Numbered from the stretch's first letter, positions 7,957 through 18,504 are shown. The stretch is 35,789 nucleotides of DNA from Hylemonella sp. (GCA_041905305.1 JAYRLJ010000003.1:1-35789); one strand, 5' to 3'. Notes: generated from the letters alone by a model not told the origin. A program made the numbers and translations.

Positions 7957-9819
7957 TCAGGGCTGCTCGGGGCGAGTGTCGGCCGGGTGGTAGAACGCGC
8001 AGCGGTTGCGTCCGGCGCGCTTGGCCGCATACATGGCCTGGTCGGCATGCTGCAACAGCGTGTGCGGGTCCTGCCCGTGCTCGGGAAACACCGCCACCCC
8101 CATGCTGGCGCCCACGTCGACCAGCGGGGCGTCGTGGGTCGGACCGATGCGACAGGGCTGCGCCACCCGCTCCAGCAGTTTTTGCGCGATGGCGCCCAGA
8201 TCTTCGGCCGCTTCGATTTCCGAGAACAGCAGCACGAATTCGTCACCAGCCAGGCGGCATACCGTGTCGGAGGCGCGCAGCGCCGCCTGCAGGCGGCGGG
8301 CCACGATCTGCAGCAGCGCATCGCCGGCCTCGTGGCCATGGGTGTCGTTGATCTCCTTGAAGTGGTCCAGGTCGAGAAAACCGACCGCAAAACGGCTGCC
8401 GTGGCGTGCGTGCTGCGTGCAGCTGCGTTCCAGCCGGTCCTGCAGCAGCATGCGGTTGGGCAGCCCTGTCAGCGGGTCGTGAGCGGCAAAATGGCTGAGG
8501 GCAGCCAGGCGTTTCTTCTCGGTCACGTCCTGCACGGCGGCGAGGCTGTACAGCGGTTGTCCTTCGGCGTCATAGACCCAGATCGCCGACAGCAGCACAT
8601 CGAGCACTTCGCCGCTGCGGCAGACCATGCGGTACTCGACGTCGTCACAGCGCCCGTTGCGCATGGCCTGGGGAATCACCACGTCGCGCGCGTGGCGGGC
8701 CGACTCCGGGGTGAGGAAGTCGGTCGCCGGCCGCCCCAGCACCTCGTGTTCCGCGTACCCCAGCTTGTCCAGCCACAGGCGGCTGACGCTGATCAGGCGG
8801 CCCCGCGGGTCGATCGACTGCAGCATGGCGGGCGTGCTGGTGTAGAGCGAGCGGAATCGCTGTTCGCTGTTGGCCAATGCACGCAGGATGCGGGCCTGCC
8901 CTTCGACGGATGCGGCGAGGAACAGCGCGGGCAACAGGCTGGCGAGGACGGCGCTGTAGAACAGGCTGCCGCTCCACCAGGCGGACGAGGGCGGCGGCAT
9001 CAACACGCCACGGGCCATCAGCCAGGCCAGGGCGATCGCCGTCAGCAACGTGGCCAGGGCGGTGAGCGAGAAATGGGTCTGCGCCCCGACCAGCACCAGC
9101 GCAATCGTCACCATGACAAAAGGGTGGGGCAGGGTGCTGGCGGCCAGCAAGGTCAGCAGCAGGCTCAGCAGCAACAAGCCGACGGTGCGCGACTGCACCA
9201 GCGATTGGCGCAGCGGCGCCCAACCCTGCAGCCAGAGCGACATCGCCAGCGGCAGCACGGCCACCGTACCGATCAGGCTGCCCGCAAACCAGATCAGCCA
9301 GAGTGGGGCGAAGGCCTGCGGCTGGCCCGCCGCCAGCACGGCGGCGCCGGCAAAGGCACCGCAGAAGCAGGGTGCTAGGGCGCCCAGCAGCAAGGCGCGG
9401 CCCAGCCGGCCGGGGTGCTGCAGCGTGTCCTCGTCGACACCGAAGTGGCGCAGCAGCGCAGCGGCCAGCACCATCTCTGCGCCGTTGCCGGGCACGAAAG
9501 CACTGGCGGAAAGCCAAGCGGCAGCGTCCCAGCGGTGCACGGCGGCCCCGGCCAGCATGTTGGCCAACAGGTTCGCGACCAGCAGTGCCAGCACCATAAG
9601 AGGCCAACGGCGCACGGGCAGCGCCAACAGGGCCACGGTACCGACGGGGTTGGCCAGCCACAGCGTGGCGACCTGGACGGGTTGGCCCGCCAGCGCCTGC
9701 GAGAGCAGGGCGAGGGTGAAATAGAGCAGGGCTATCGGAATGAGCCGGCGTTGTGCCGTATCGCTGTTGCGGCGGGGCTGGTCGTTCACGGCGACACCTT
9801 CCCGCATCGACGCGCCCAT
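7957..9819 (-). CDS. MASE1-like membrane sensor / PAS / GGDEF diguanylate cyclase
   Basis: Multi-TM N-terminus with WLAN motif, PAS domain (EQRFRSL...LGYAEHEVLGR), then HDPLTGLPNR, DLDHFKEINDTHGH and RASDTVCRLAGDEF. Exact start uncertain. Confidence 0.9.
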   Translation of the reverse strand: MGASMREGVAVNDQPRRNSDTAQRRLIPIALLYFTLALLSQALAGQPVQVATLWLANPVGTVALLALPVRRWPLMVLALLVANLLANMLAGAAVHRWDAAAWLSASAFVPGNGAEMVLAAALLRHFGVDEDTLQHPGRLGRALLLGALAPCFCGAFAGAAVLAAGQPQAFAPLWLIWFAGSLIGTVAVLPLAMSLWLQGWAPLRQSLVQSRTVGLLLLSLLLTLLAASTLPHPFVMVTIALVLVGAQTHFSLTALATLLTAIALAWLMARGVLMPPPSSAWWSGSLFYSAVLASLLPALFLAASVEGQARILRALANSEQRFRSLYTSTPAMLQSIDPRGRLISVSRLWLDKLGYAEHEVLGRPATDFLTPESARHARDVVIPQAMRNGRCDDVEYRMVCRSGEVLDVLLSAIWVYDAEGQPLYSLAAVQDVTEKKRLAALSHFAAHDPLTGLPNRMLLQDRLERSCTQHARHGSRFAVGFLDLDHFKEINDTHGHEAGDALLQIVARRLQAALRASDTVCRLAGDEFVLLFSEIEAAEDLGAIAQKLLERVAQPCRIGPTHDAPLVDVGASMGVAVFPEHGQDPHTLLQHADQAMYAAKRAGRNRCAFYHPADTRPEQP

Positions 9820-10020
9820 GGCGGAAGCGCCTTGCTCAACCGGATGCGTGGCAGACGGAGCATCCTCGCTTCAACCTCCTTGGCCCGTGGGCGTTGGCGT
9901 GTCGACCGACTCTGCGATCCAGTATACGGAGCCGGCCGCAGGCCTGCAATGCGCTGAAACACCGACGCGCGACTCCCGCCGGACGGCGCACAATGGGCCG
10001 CACCTGCACGAAGGAGACGC

Positions 10021-10941
10021 GTGGTGTTTGAGGTCCGGTTTGCATCGTTCGACGCGCTTGGTGCCGGATCGCCCACGGGCGTCGAGCATCGCCTGTGGCA
10101 CGACGGTATCCAGTTGTCGATCTGGGAGAAGTACGCTGACCAGCCACAGGGCAAGCCGGTGGTCGTGCTGGCGCACGGCTCCGCCACGGCCGGGCGCGAG
10201 AGCTTCGACCTGCAGGTGGCGGACCATCCATCCGTCAGCCTGATGGACGTCCTGGCCCGGCAGGGTTTCGACGTCTTCGCCCCTGACATGCGTGGCTTCG
10301 GCCGTTCCAGCCTGCCCGAGACGCATTTGACGACCGAGCAGGCCGGTGCCGACCTGGCCGCGGTGGTCGACTACGTGCGCGACCTGCGCGGCGTGGACCA
10401 GGTGCATCTGCTGGCCTGGTCCTGGGGCACGCAGTACGCTGGTCAGCTGGTAATGGCGCAGCCGCACAAGGTAGCCCGCTACATCAGCTATGCGCAGATG
10501 CATGCCGACAGCCACGACCTGCAGCTGCGGCGCAGCCGCCTCGATGCCTTTCGCCGCACGCCTTACATCCGCATCGCCGATGCCGGCTGGAAGCTGCGCT
10601 TCTACTCGTTGACGCCGGAGGCTGTGAGCCTGCCGACGGTGGTGGAGGCCTTCGCCCTGGCCGCGGCCCAGGGCCAGCCCAGATCGCCCACCGGGCCGCA
10701 GGTGGACCTGCTGACGCGCATGCCGTTGGTGGATGCTGCGCAGATCCCGGTGCCCGTGATGATGATCCACGGCCAGTACGACGACGTGGCCGACCTGCCA
10801 GGACTGCTGCCCTTCTTTGCCGCGTTGCCGAATCCGGACAAGCGCTACGTCGTCATTCCCGACGCTGGCCACATGATGCACCTGCAGCTCGGCCACCGCC
10901 GCTTCCAGCAGGCGGTGGCGGAATTTCTGGCCGCCGACTGA
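10021..10941 (+). CDS. Alpha/beta fold hydrolase
   Basis: LAHG oxyanion segment, DMRGFGRS, nucleophile elbow AWSWG, HGQYDD and AGHMMH; AAGGAG RBS at 10011-10016. Confidence 0.85.
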   Translation: MVFEVRFASFDALGAGSPTGVEHRLWHDGIQLSIWEKYADQPQGKPVVVLAHGSATAGRESFDLQVADHPSVSLMDVLARQGFDVFAPDMRGFGRSSLPETHLTTEQAGADLAAVVDYVRDLRGVDQVHLLAWSWGTQYAGQLVMAQPHKVARYISYAQMHADSHDLQLRRSRLDAFRRTPYIRIADAGWKLRFYSLTPEAVSLPTVVEAFALAAAQGQPRSPTGPQVDLLTRMPLVDAAQIPVPVMMIHGQYDDVADLPGLLPFFAALPNPDKRYVVIPDAGHMMHLQLGHRRFQQAVAEFLAAD

Positions 10942-10947
10942 GCGCGA

Positions 10948-12579
10948 TCAGCCCGCGCTCTGCAACGCCAGGCCGGCGTGCTCCCGCAGCGGATGGAAGT
11001 GGATCTTCGGAAAGCGTTCCTGCGCCAGCCGCACGTCGTAGGGGCTGGTGCAGAGGTAAGCCAAGGTGTCGGCCGCATCGCGCGCCAGCCGCTGCGGGTA
11101 GGCGTCGCAGAAGGCCTTGAGCTCGGCTGGCGTGTCGGCCGTGATCCAGCGCGCACCGGTGTACTGACAGCCTTCGAGGCGCACGTCAGCGTCGTATTCG
11201 CTTTTCAGGCGGTGCTGCACCACTTCGAACTGCAGCTGGCCGACGGCGCCCAGCAGCATGTTGCCACCCATCTCGGGGCGGAAGACCTGGATGGCGCCTT
11301 CCTCGCCGAGCTGGGCCAGGCCCTGCTGCAGCTGCTTGGTGCGCAGCGGGTTCTTCAGCACCACGGTCATGAAGAGTTCGGGGGCGAAGAAGGGCAGGCC
11401 GGTGTACTGCAGCGCGATCGAACCGTCGGTGATGGTGTCGCCGAGCTGCACGCCACCGTGGGTGGTGAAGCCCACGATGTCGCCGGCATAGGCTTCTTCC
11501 ACCGCCTCGCGCCGTTGGCTCATGAAGGTCACGACCGATGTGGGGCGCAGCTCTTTGGCGGTGCGCTGCACCTTGAGCTTCATGCCGGGCTGGTACTTGC
11601 CCGAGCACACGCGCACGAAGGCAATACGGTCGCGGTGGTTGGCGTCCATGTTGGCCTGCACCTTGAACACCACGCCGGAGAAAGCCTCGTCGTCGGGCTG
11701 CACTTCCTTGGTCACGGGCTGCTTGTTCACCAGCAGCGAGCTGGTGCGCGACTTGGGGCTGGGTGCAAGGTCGACCAGCGCATCCAGCACTTCCATCACG
11801 CCGAAGTTGTTGACGCCGGAGCCGAAGAACACCGGTGTCTGCTTGCCGGCGAGGAAGGCCTCGCGGTCGAAGGCCGGCGAGGCGCCGGTGGCCAGCTCCA
11901 TGCTTTCGATGGCGGCGTCGTAGTCGTGGCCGAAGCGGGCCTTCAGCGTGGCGGTGTCGCTGACCGGGATGGCCTCGAAGTCCTGCGGCCGGCGCTCGCT
12001 GCCGGCCTCGAAGACCGTCATGGCTTGGGTACGCAGGTTGATGATGCCGCCGAAGCTCTTGCCCTGGCCCACCGGCCAGGTCATGGGCACGCAGGGCATG
12101 CCCAGTTCGCGTTCCACCTCGTCCAGGATGTCGAGCGGGTCGCGTACCTCGCGGTCCATCTTGTTGACGAAGGTGATGATCGGCGTGTCGCGCTGGCGGC
12201 AGACCTCGATCAGGCGGCGCGTCTGTGCTTCCACGCCGTTGGCCGCGTCGATGACCATCAGGGCCGAGTCCACGGCGGTCAGCACGCGGTAGGTGTCTTC
12301 ACTGAAGTCCTTGTGGCCGGGGGTGTCGAGCAGGTTGATGACGTGCTCGCGGTACTGCATCTGCATCACCGAGCTGGCCACCGAGATGCCGCGCTGCTTC
12401 TCGATCTCCATCCAGTCACTGGTGGCGTGGCGGCTGGCCTTGCGGCCCTTCACCGCACCGGCGATCTGGATCGCACCCGAGAATAGCAGCAGTTTTTCCG
12501 TCAGCGTCGTTTTACCGGCGTCGGGGTGCGAAATGATGGCAAAGGTACGGCGGCGCCGGGTTTCGGGGGCGTAGGACAC
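10948..12579 (-). CDS. prfC: Peptide chain release factor 3
   Basis: RRRTFAIISHPDAGKTTLTEKLL, SDWMEIEKQRGISV, DTPGHKDFSEDTYR and NKMD motifs. Likely GTG start at 12579. Confidence 0.97.
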   Translation of the reverse strand: MSYAPETRRRRTFAIISHPDAGKTTLTEKLLLFSGAIQIAGAVKGRKASRHATSDWMEIEKQRGISVASSVMQMQYREHVINLLDTPGHKDFSEDTYRVLTAVDSALMVIDAANGVEAQTRRLIEVCRQRDTPIITFVNKMDREVRDPLDILDEVERELGMPCVPMTWPVGQGKSFGGIINLRTQAMTVFEAGSERRPQDFEAIPVSDTATLKARFGHDYDAAIESMELATGASPAFDREAFLAGKQTPVFFGSGVNNFGVMEVLDALVDLAPSPKSRTSSLLVNKQPVTKEVQPDDEAFSGVVFKVQANMDANHRDRIAFVRVCSGKYQPGMKLKVQRTAKELRPTSVVTFMSQRREAVEEAYAGDIVGFTTHGGVQLGDTITDGSIALQYTGLPFFAPELFMTVVLKNPLRTKQLQQGLAQLGEEGAIQVFRPEMGGNMLLGAVGQLQFEVVQHRLKSEYDADVRLEGCQYTGARWITADTPAELKAFCDAYPQRLARDAADTLAYLCTSPYDVRLAQERFPKIHFHPLREHAGLALQSAG

Positions 12580-12742
12580 GGTGGTTCCAGAAGTCGTCGG
12601 GGGCAGCAAGCGTGCTGCAAGAAGAGGGGCCGCAGCCGCCTTGGGGGCAGGCTGTTGGCATCTGGCCCGATTTTACCTGTCGTGTCCTGTACAGTCCCGT
12701 GCAACCGGGCGTGGCCCGGCGCGTGACGGACAGGAGAGTGAG

Positions 12743-13777
12743 ATGGTTTTGCAACAGCTGCTCGGGATCGAGTTGCCCCTCATCCAGGCGCCGATGGCCG
12801 GCGTGCAGGACAGCGCGCTGGCGGTGGCGGTGTCGAACGCCGGCGGGCTGGGCTCGCTGCCCTGTGCCATGCTGGGGCCCGATGCCCTGCGTGCGGAACT
12901 GACGAAGATTCGCGCCCAGACCACGCGGCCCTACAACGTCAACTTCTTCTGCCATCGCCCTCCACAGCCTGACGCCACGCGCGAGGCGCTGTGGCGTCAG
13001 AGCCTGGCGCACTACTACCGCGAGTTCGACGTCGATCCGGCCGCCATTCCCGCCGGTCCGGGCCGCCTGCCCTTTGACGCGGCAGCGGCCGAGTTGCTGA
13101 GCGAGTTCAAGCCGCCCGTGGTGAGCTTCCATTTTGGTTTGCCCGAGGAGAGTTTGCTGGCACGGGTGCGCAGCTGGGGTGCCAAGGTGGTCTCGTCGGC
13201 CACCACGGTGGACGAGGCACGTTGGCTGGAGGCGCATGGCGCGGATGTCATCGTGGCCCAGGGCCTGGAGGCAGGTGGCCACCGCGGCATGTTCCTGACC
13301 GATGAACTGACGACGCAGATGGGCACCTTGGCCTTGCTGCCGCAGATCGTGCGCGCCGTACGGGTGCCGGTGGTCGCCGCCGGCGGCATTGCCGATGTGG
13401 CCGGCGTGCGCGCCGCGCTGGCGCTGGGCGCAGCGGGCGTGCAGGTGGGCACGGCCTATCTGCTGTGCCCGGAGGCCACGACCAGCGCCATCCACCGGGC
13501 GGCGCTGCAAGGCCCGGCGGCACAGCACACCGCCCTGACCAACCTCTACACTGGCCGGCCGGCGCGCGGCATCATGACGCGCCTGATGCGCGAGCAAGGT
13601 CCGCTGAGTCACCTGGCACCGGCGTTTCCCTTGGCCACATCAGCGGTGGCGCCGCTGCGCGCCAAGGCTGAGGCGGCCGGCAGCGGCGATTTTTCGCCCC
13701 TGTGGGCGGGGCAGAACGTCACGGGGTGCCGTTCGGTGCCGGCTGCGCAGCTGACGCGCGAACTGGCCGGAAACTGA
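12743..13777 (+). CDS. Nitronate monooxygenase family flavoprotein
   Basis: PLIQAPMAG, NVNFFCH, VVSFHFGLP, QGLEAGGHRG and AAGGI motifs; AGGAG RBS before the ATG at 12743. Confidence 0.9.
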   Translation: MVLQQLLGIELPLIQAPMAGVQDSALAVAVSNAGGLGSLPCAMLGPDALRAELTKIRAQTTRPYNVNFFCHRPPQPDATREALWRQSLAHYYREFDVDPAAIPAGPGRLPFDAAAAELLSEFKPPVVSFHFGLPEESLLARVRSWGAKVVSSATTVDEARWLEAHGADVIVAQGLEAGGHRGMFLTDELTTQMGTLALLPQIVRAVRVPVVAAGGIADVAGVRAALALGAAGVQVGTAYLLCPEATTSAIHRAALQGPAAQHTALTNLYTGRPARGIMTRLMREQGPLSHLAPAFPLATSAVAPLRAKAEAAGSGDFSPLWAGQNVTGCRSVPAAQLTRELAGN

Positions 13778-13807
13778 AAAAAGTGCACGCAAAAACGGCG
13801 GGCTTCG

Positions 13808-13813
13808 TATAAT
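13808..13813 (+). promoter_or_regulatory. Sigma70 -10 element for the SAH riboswitch/ahcY transcript
   Basis: Perfect TATAAT 8 nt before the riboswitch 5' end; no good -35 seen. Confidence 0.6.
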
Positions 13814-13821
13814 CGACACTT

Positions 13822-13918
13822 TCCGAGGAGCGTTGCGGCTCGTCCCGCCTGATGACCAGGCCGACGGGTTAGGCTCGGACCCCAAGGCTGCTGGCCTTGC
13901 CTTCCAACTGCGCTCACC
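13822..13918 (+). ncRNA. SAH riboswitch
   Basis: CCGAGGAGCGTTGC...AGGCTCGG...CAACTGCGCTCAC matches the SAH aptamer pattern. P1 is TCCGAG (13822-27)/CTCGGA (13874-79) and the pseudoknot is GAGCG (13828-32)/CGCTC (13911-15). It lies directly upstream of ahcY. Confidence 0.92.
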
Positions 13919-14000
13919 CACTGGTTCGCTGTGCGGTGAGTTTTCCCCCTCCCTTTCGGTGTCTCCAGTGGTGTTCTAACCGCTATGCATTGGAGTACAC

Positions 14001-15431
<1,431 letters not shown>

Positions 15432-15522
15432 GCACCCCCGTGCGCCTGCGGCGCCTCCCCCTCCAGGGGGCGAACACCAGCGGCCCGGCGAAGCCGGTGC
15501 CGCGGTGTTCCCTGGCTTGAGG
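15432..15522. repeat. GC-rich multi-hairpin intergenic element (REP/MITE-like)
   Basis: Three consecutive stem-loops: GCGCC-TGC-GGCGC (15442-54), CCCCCT-CC-AGGGGG (15457-70), and GAACACC...CCGGC-GAA-GCCGG...GGTGTTC (15472-15510). Only one copy in the window. Confidence 0.5.
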
Positions 15523-15546
15523 GTGGGCGCACGCGCATCCGATTCC

Positions 15547-16539
15547 ATGCGAGCTGATCAACTTCTCGTCGAACGCGGCCTGGCTGCGTCGCGGGCGCAG
15601 TCACAACGGCTGATTGGCTCAGGCGTTGAATGGCGCCTGAGTGCCGCTTCGCCGTGGCGCAAGGTGGCCAAGAACGGTGACGAGATTCCGGTGGTGGCCG
15701 AAGTCCGCTTGCTGGATGAGGCCGAGGCGCGCTATGTGTCGCGCGGTGGCCTCAAGCTGGAAGGCGCCCTGAAGCAGGTGGGTTTGTCGGTCCAGGGCCT
15801 GCAGTGTCTCGATGTGGGACAGTCCACGGGCGGTTTCACGCATTGCCTGCTGGCGCACGGCGCGGCGCGGGTGGTGGGGCTGGATGTGGGGCGTGACCAG
15901 CTGCACACCAGCTTGCGCGCTGATCCTCGTGTGGTCTGTCTGGAGGGCTTGAATGCCCGCGCCATCACGGCAGAGTCCCTGGCCCAGGCGTGGGAGGAGG
16001 CCCTGTGTGAAACGGTCGAGGACGAGGAAGACAACGAGACCCAGCCGCAGGCGCCCTACGCCTGGATGCGCAATGGTGGCGAGATCGCCGACGACTACGA
16101 CGACAGTGACGACGCCAAGGAGCACGAGATCGAGGCCTTCAAGGCCCAGCGTGCTGCGCGGGCCAAGGCCGCGGCCGAGGGCACCTTGCCCAGGCAGCGC
16201 CGCCGCCGCGCCGAGTTTGCCGACCAGCAGGTGACGCCGGTCTTTCAGGTGATCACCGGGGATCTGTCTTTCATCTCGTTGACGCTGGTGCTGCCGGCCC
16301 TGATGCCCTTGCTGGCGCCCGGCGGGCATCTGCTCATGCTGGTCAAGCCGCAGTTTGAACTGCAGCCGGGGCAGGTGGGCAAAGGCGGCATCGTGCGCGA
16401 TGCGTCGATGTACCCCCTCGTTGAGCAGCGCCTGCGTGAGGCCTGCGAGGCGCTCGGCTTTACGGTGCAGGACTGGTTCGACTCGCCGATTGCCGGCGGT
16501 GACGGCAACCGCGAATTCTTCATCCACGCGATCAAATAA
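15547..16539 (+). CDS. tlyA: TlyA-family rRNA 2'-O-methyltransferase with a large internal insertion
   Basis: S4-like MRADQLLVERGLA..SR, YVSRGGLKL, LDVGQSTGGFT, DLSFISL, LVKPQFE, KGGIV and SPIAGGDGNREF motifs. Confidence 0.9.
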   Translation: MRADQLLVERGLAASRAQSQRLIGSGVEWRLSAASPWRKVAKNGDEIPVVAEVRLLDEAEARYVSRGGLKLEGALKQVGLSVQGLQCLDVGQSTGGFTHCLLAHGAARVVGLDVGRDQLHTSLRADPRVVCLEGLNARAITAESLAQAWEEALCETVEDEEDNETQPQAPYAWMRNGGEIADDYDDSDDAKEHEIEAFKAQRAARAKAAAEGTLPRQRRRRAEFADQQVTPVFQVITGDLSFISLTLVLPALMPLLAPGGHLLMLVKPQFELQPGQVGKGGIVRDASMYPLVEQRLREACEALGFTVQDWFDSPIAGGDGNREFFIHAIK

Positions 16540-16555
16540 AAAGGAGGGCATGCAC

Positions 16556-17395
16556 ATGAGCGAAGCGCCCCGACTTCCCCTCAGCATCGAGTTTTTCCCG
16601 CCCAAGACACCCGAGGGTGTGACCAAGCTGCGCGCCGTGCGCCAGCAGCTCTATGCGCTCAAGCCCGAGTTCTGCTCGGTGACCTACGGTGCCGGCGGCT
16701 CCACGCAGGAAGGCACGTTTGCCGCCGTGCGCGAGATCCTGGCCGAAGGCATGGACGCCGCCTCGCACATTTCCTGCATCGGCGCCACCAAGGCCAGCAT
16801 GCGCGAGAACCTGGCCGCGCTCAAGGCGATGGGTGTCAAGCGTCTGGTGACGCTGCGCGGTGACCTGCCCAGCGGCTACGGCCTGGGCGGCGAGTTCCAG
16901 TACGCCAGCGACCTGGTGGCTTTCATCCGCGCCGAGACCGGCGACGACTTCCACATCGAAGTGGCGGCCTACCCCGAGATGCACCCGCAGGCCAGATCGC
17001 CCAACGCCGATCTGCAGGCCTTCGTGACCAAGGTGAAGGCGGGCGCGGATTCGGCCATCACGCAGTACTTCTACAACGCCGATGCCTACTTCCGCTTCGT
17101 GGAAGAGGCCGACGCGCAAGGCGTGACGGTGCCCATCGTGCCGGGCATCATGCCCATCACCAGCTCTACCCAGCTGATGCGCTTCAGTGACGCCTGCGGT
17201 GCCGAGATTCCGCGCTGGATCCGCTTGCGCCTGCAGAGCTATGGCGACGACACTGCGTCCATCAAGGCCTTCGGCCTCGACGTGGTGAGTGAGCTGTGCG
17301 AACAGCTGCGCGCCGGCGGTGCCCCGGCCTTGCACTTCTACAGCATGAACCAGAGCGCTGCGACGCTGGAACTCTGCCAGCGTCTGGCTCTCTGA
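16556..17395 (+). CDS. metF: 5,10-methylenetetrahydrofolate reductase
   Basis: SIEFFPPKT, SVTYGAGGST, LRGDLP, AAYPEMHP, AITQYFYN and LHFYSMN motifs; AAGGAGG RBS at 16541 (alternative ATG at 16550). Confidence 0.96.
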   Translation: MSEAPRLPLSIEFFPPKTPEGVTKLRAVRQQLYALKPEFCSVTYGAGGSTQEGTFAAVREILAEGMDAASHISCIGATKASMRENLAALKAMGVKRLVTLRGDLPSGYGLGGEFQYASDLVAFIRAETGDDFHIEVAAYPEMHPQARSPNADLQAFVTKVKAGADSAITQYFYNADAYFRFVEEADAQGVTVPIVPGIMPITSSTQLMRFSDACGAEIPRWIRLRLQSYGDDTASIKAFGLDVVSELCEQLRAGGAPALHFYSMNQSAATLELCQRLAL

Positions 17396-17410
17396 CCGCG
17401 GGCGGACGGC

Positions 17411-18499
17411 TCAGCGTTCGTCGTAGCTCACCACCACCTTGGGCGTGAGCGCGCGGGCCTGGCAGGTCAGCACGAAGCCCTTGTCGATTTCCCAGCCTTC
17501 GAGCGTGAAGTTCTTCTCCATCTCGACCTTGCCTTCCAGCACCCGGGCGCGGCAGGTGCAGCACACGCCGCCCTTGCACGAGTAGGGCAGGTCCAGGCCG
17601 GCGGCCAGGGCGATGTCGAGCAGCTTGTCGCGCGGCTGCAGGCCCAGGTGATGCGTCTTGCCGTCGAGCACGACGTCGAACTTGATCGGCGCCGTCGCGG
17701 CGTTGGTTGATGCGCTGGGCAACGGCGGCGGTGTCGGCGTGCCGGCAGTGGCAAAGCGCTCGGTACGCAGGCGTGCCTTGTCCAGGCCGGCGGCCAGCAG
17801 CGCTTGTTCGGTCGCCTCGATCATGCCCTCGGGGCCACAGACGAAGGCCTCGTCGATGCTCGCCACCGGAATCAGCGTGGCCAGCAGCTCTGAGACCTTG
17901 GGGCCGTCGATCCGGCCGTTGAACAGCGGCACATCCTGCGACTGGCGCGACAGCAGATGGATCAGGGACAGCCGCGTCGGGTAGCGGTCCTTCAGGTCCT
18001 GCAGCCGTTCGTTGAACAGGATGCTGTCGGTGCGCTGGTTGCCGTAGACCAGGGTGAAGCGCGCCTCAGGGTCATCCTCCAGCGTGCTGGCGATGAGCGA
18101 CAGGATGGGCGTGATGCCTGAGCCGGCCGCAAAGCCGACGCGGTGCGCGCCGGGGTTGCTCAGGTGCGTGGTGAAACGGCCATCGGGCGGCATGACATCG
18201 AGCGTGTCGCCCGGCTGCAGTCGCGTGGCGGCCCAGTTCGAGAACACGCCGCCGGCCACCGGTTTGATGCCGACCTCGATCTCCTGCGCACGGGCGTACT
18301 GCTGCGTGCTGCTGCAGATCGAGTAGCTGCGCCGCACCGCCTCGCCGTTGATCTGCGCGCGCAGCGTGAGGAACTGCCCAGGTTGGAAGGCGTAGGCGTC
18401 GCGCAGCGCGGGTGGGATAGCCAGCGTCACGGCCACCGCACCGGCGGCCTGCGGCGTGATGCGCTTGACGAACAGTTCGTGGAAGTGGGGAGTCGACAT
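17411..18499 (-). CDS. paaE: Phenylacetyl-CoA epoxidase reductase subunit
   Basis: PGQFLTLR, RRSYSIC, GSGITP and C-terminal [2Fe-2S] motif SCKGGVCCTC; last gene of the paaABCD run. Confidence 0.93.
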   Translation of the reverse strand: MSTPHFHELFVKRITPQAAGAVAVTLAIPPALRDAYAFQPGQFLTLRAQINGEAVRRSYSICSSTQQYARAQEIEVGIKPVAGGVFSNWAATRLQPGDTLDVMPPDGRFTTHLSNPGAHRVGFAAGSGITPILSLIASTLEDDPEARFTLVYGNQRTDSILFNERLQDLKDRYPTRLSLIHLLSRQSQDVPLFNGRIDGPKVSELLATLIPVASIDEAFVCGPEGMIEATEQALLAAGLDKARLRTERFATAGTPTPPPLPSASTNAATAPIKFDVVLDGKTHHLGLQPRDKLLDIALAAGLDLPYSCKGGVCCTCRARVLEGKVEMEKNFTLEGWEIDKGFVLTCQARALTPKVVVSYDER

Positions 18500-18504
18500 C
18501 GTGC

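Noticed and set aside
12677-12694. CTGT...ACAG resembling an SOS (LexA) box between prfC and the nitronate monooxygenase
   Set aside because: The spacer is 10 nt rather than the required 8.
12581-12742. N-terminal ORF-track extensions (nitronate monooxygenase, tlyA, metF, rplM, anmK, paaK, M61)
   Set aside because: They overlap neighbouring genes or promoters; family homology and RBS positions support the downstream starts.
15985-16239. TlyA insertion as an intein or frameshift artefact
   Set aside because: No Cys/Ser...His-Asn splice termini, and the frame is continuous with conserved motifs on both sides.
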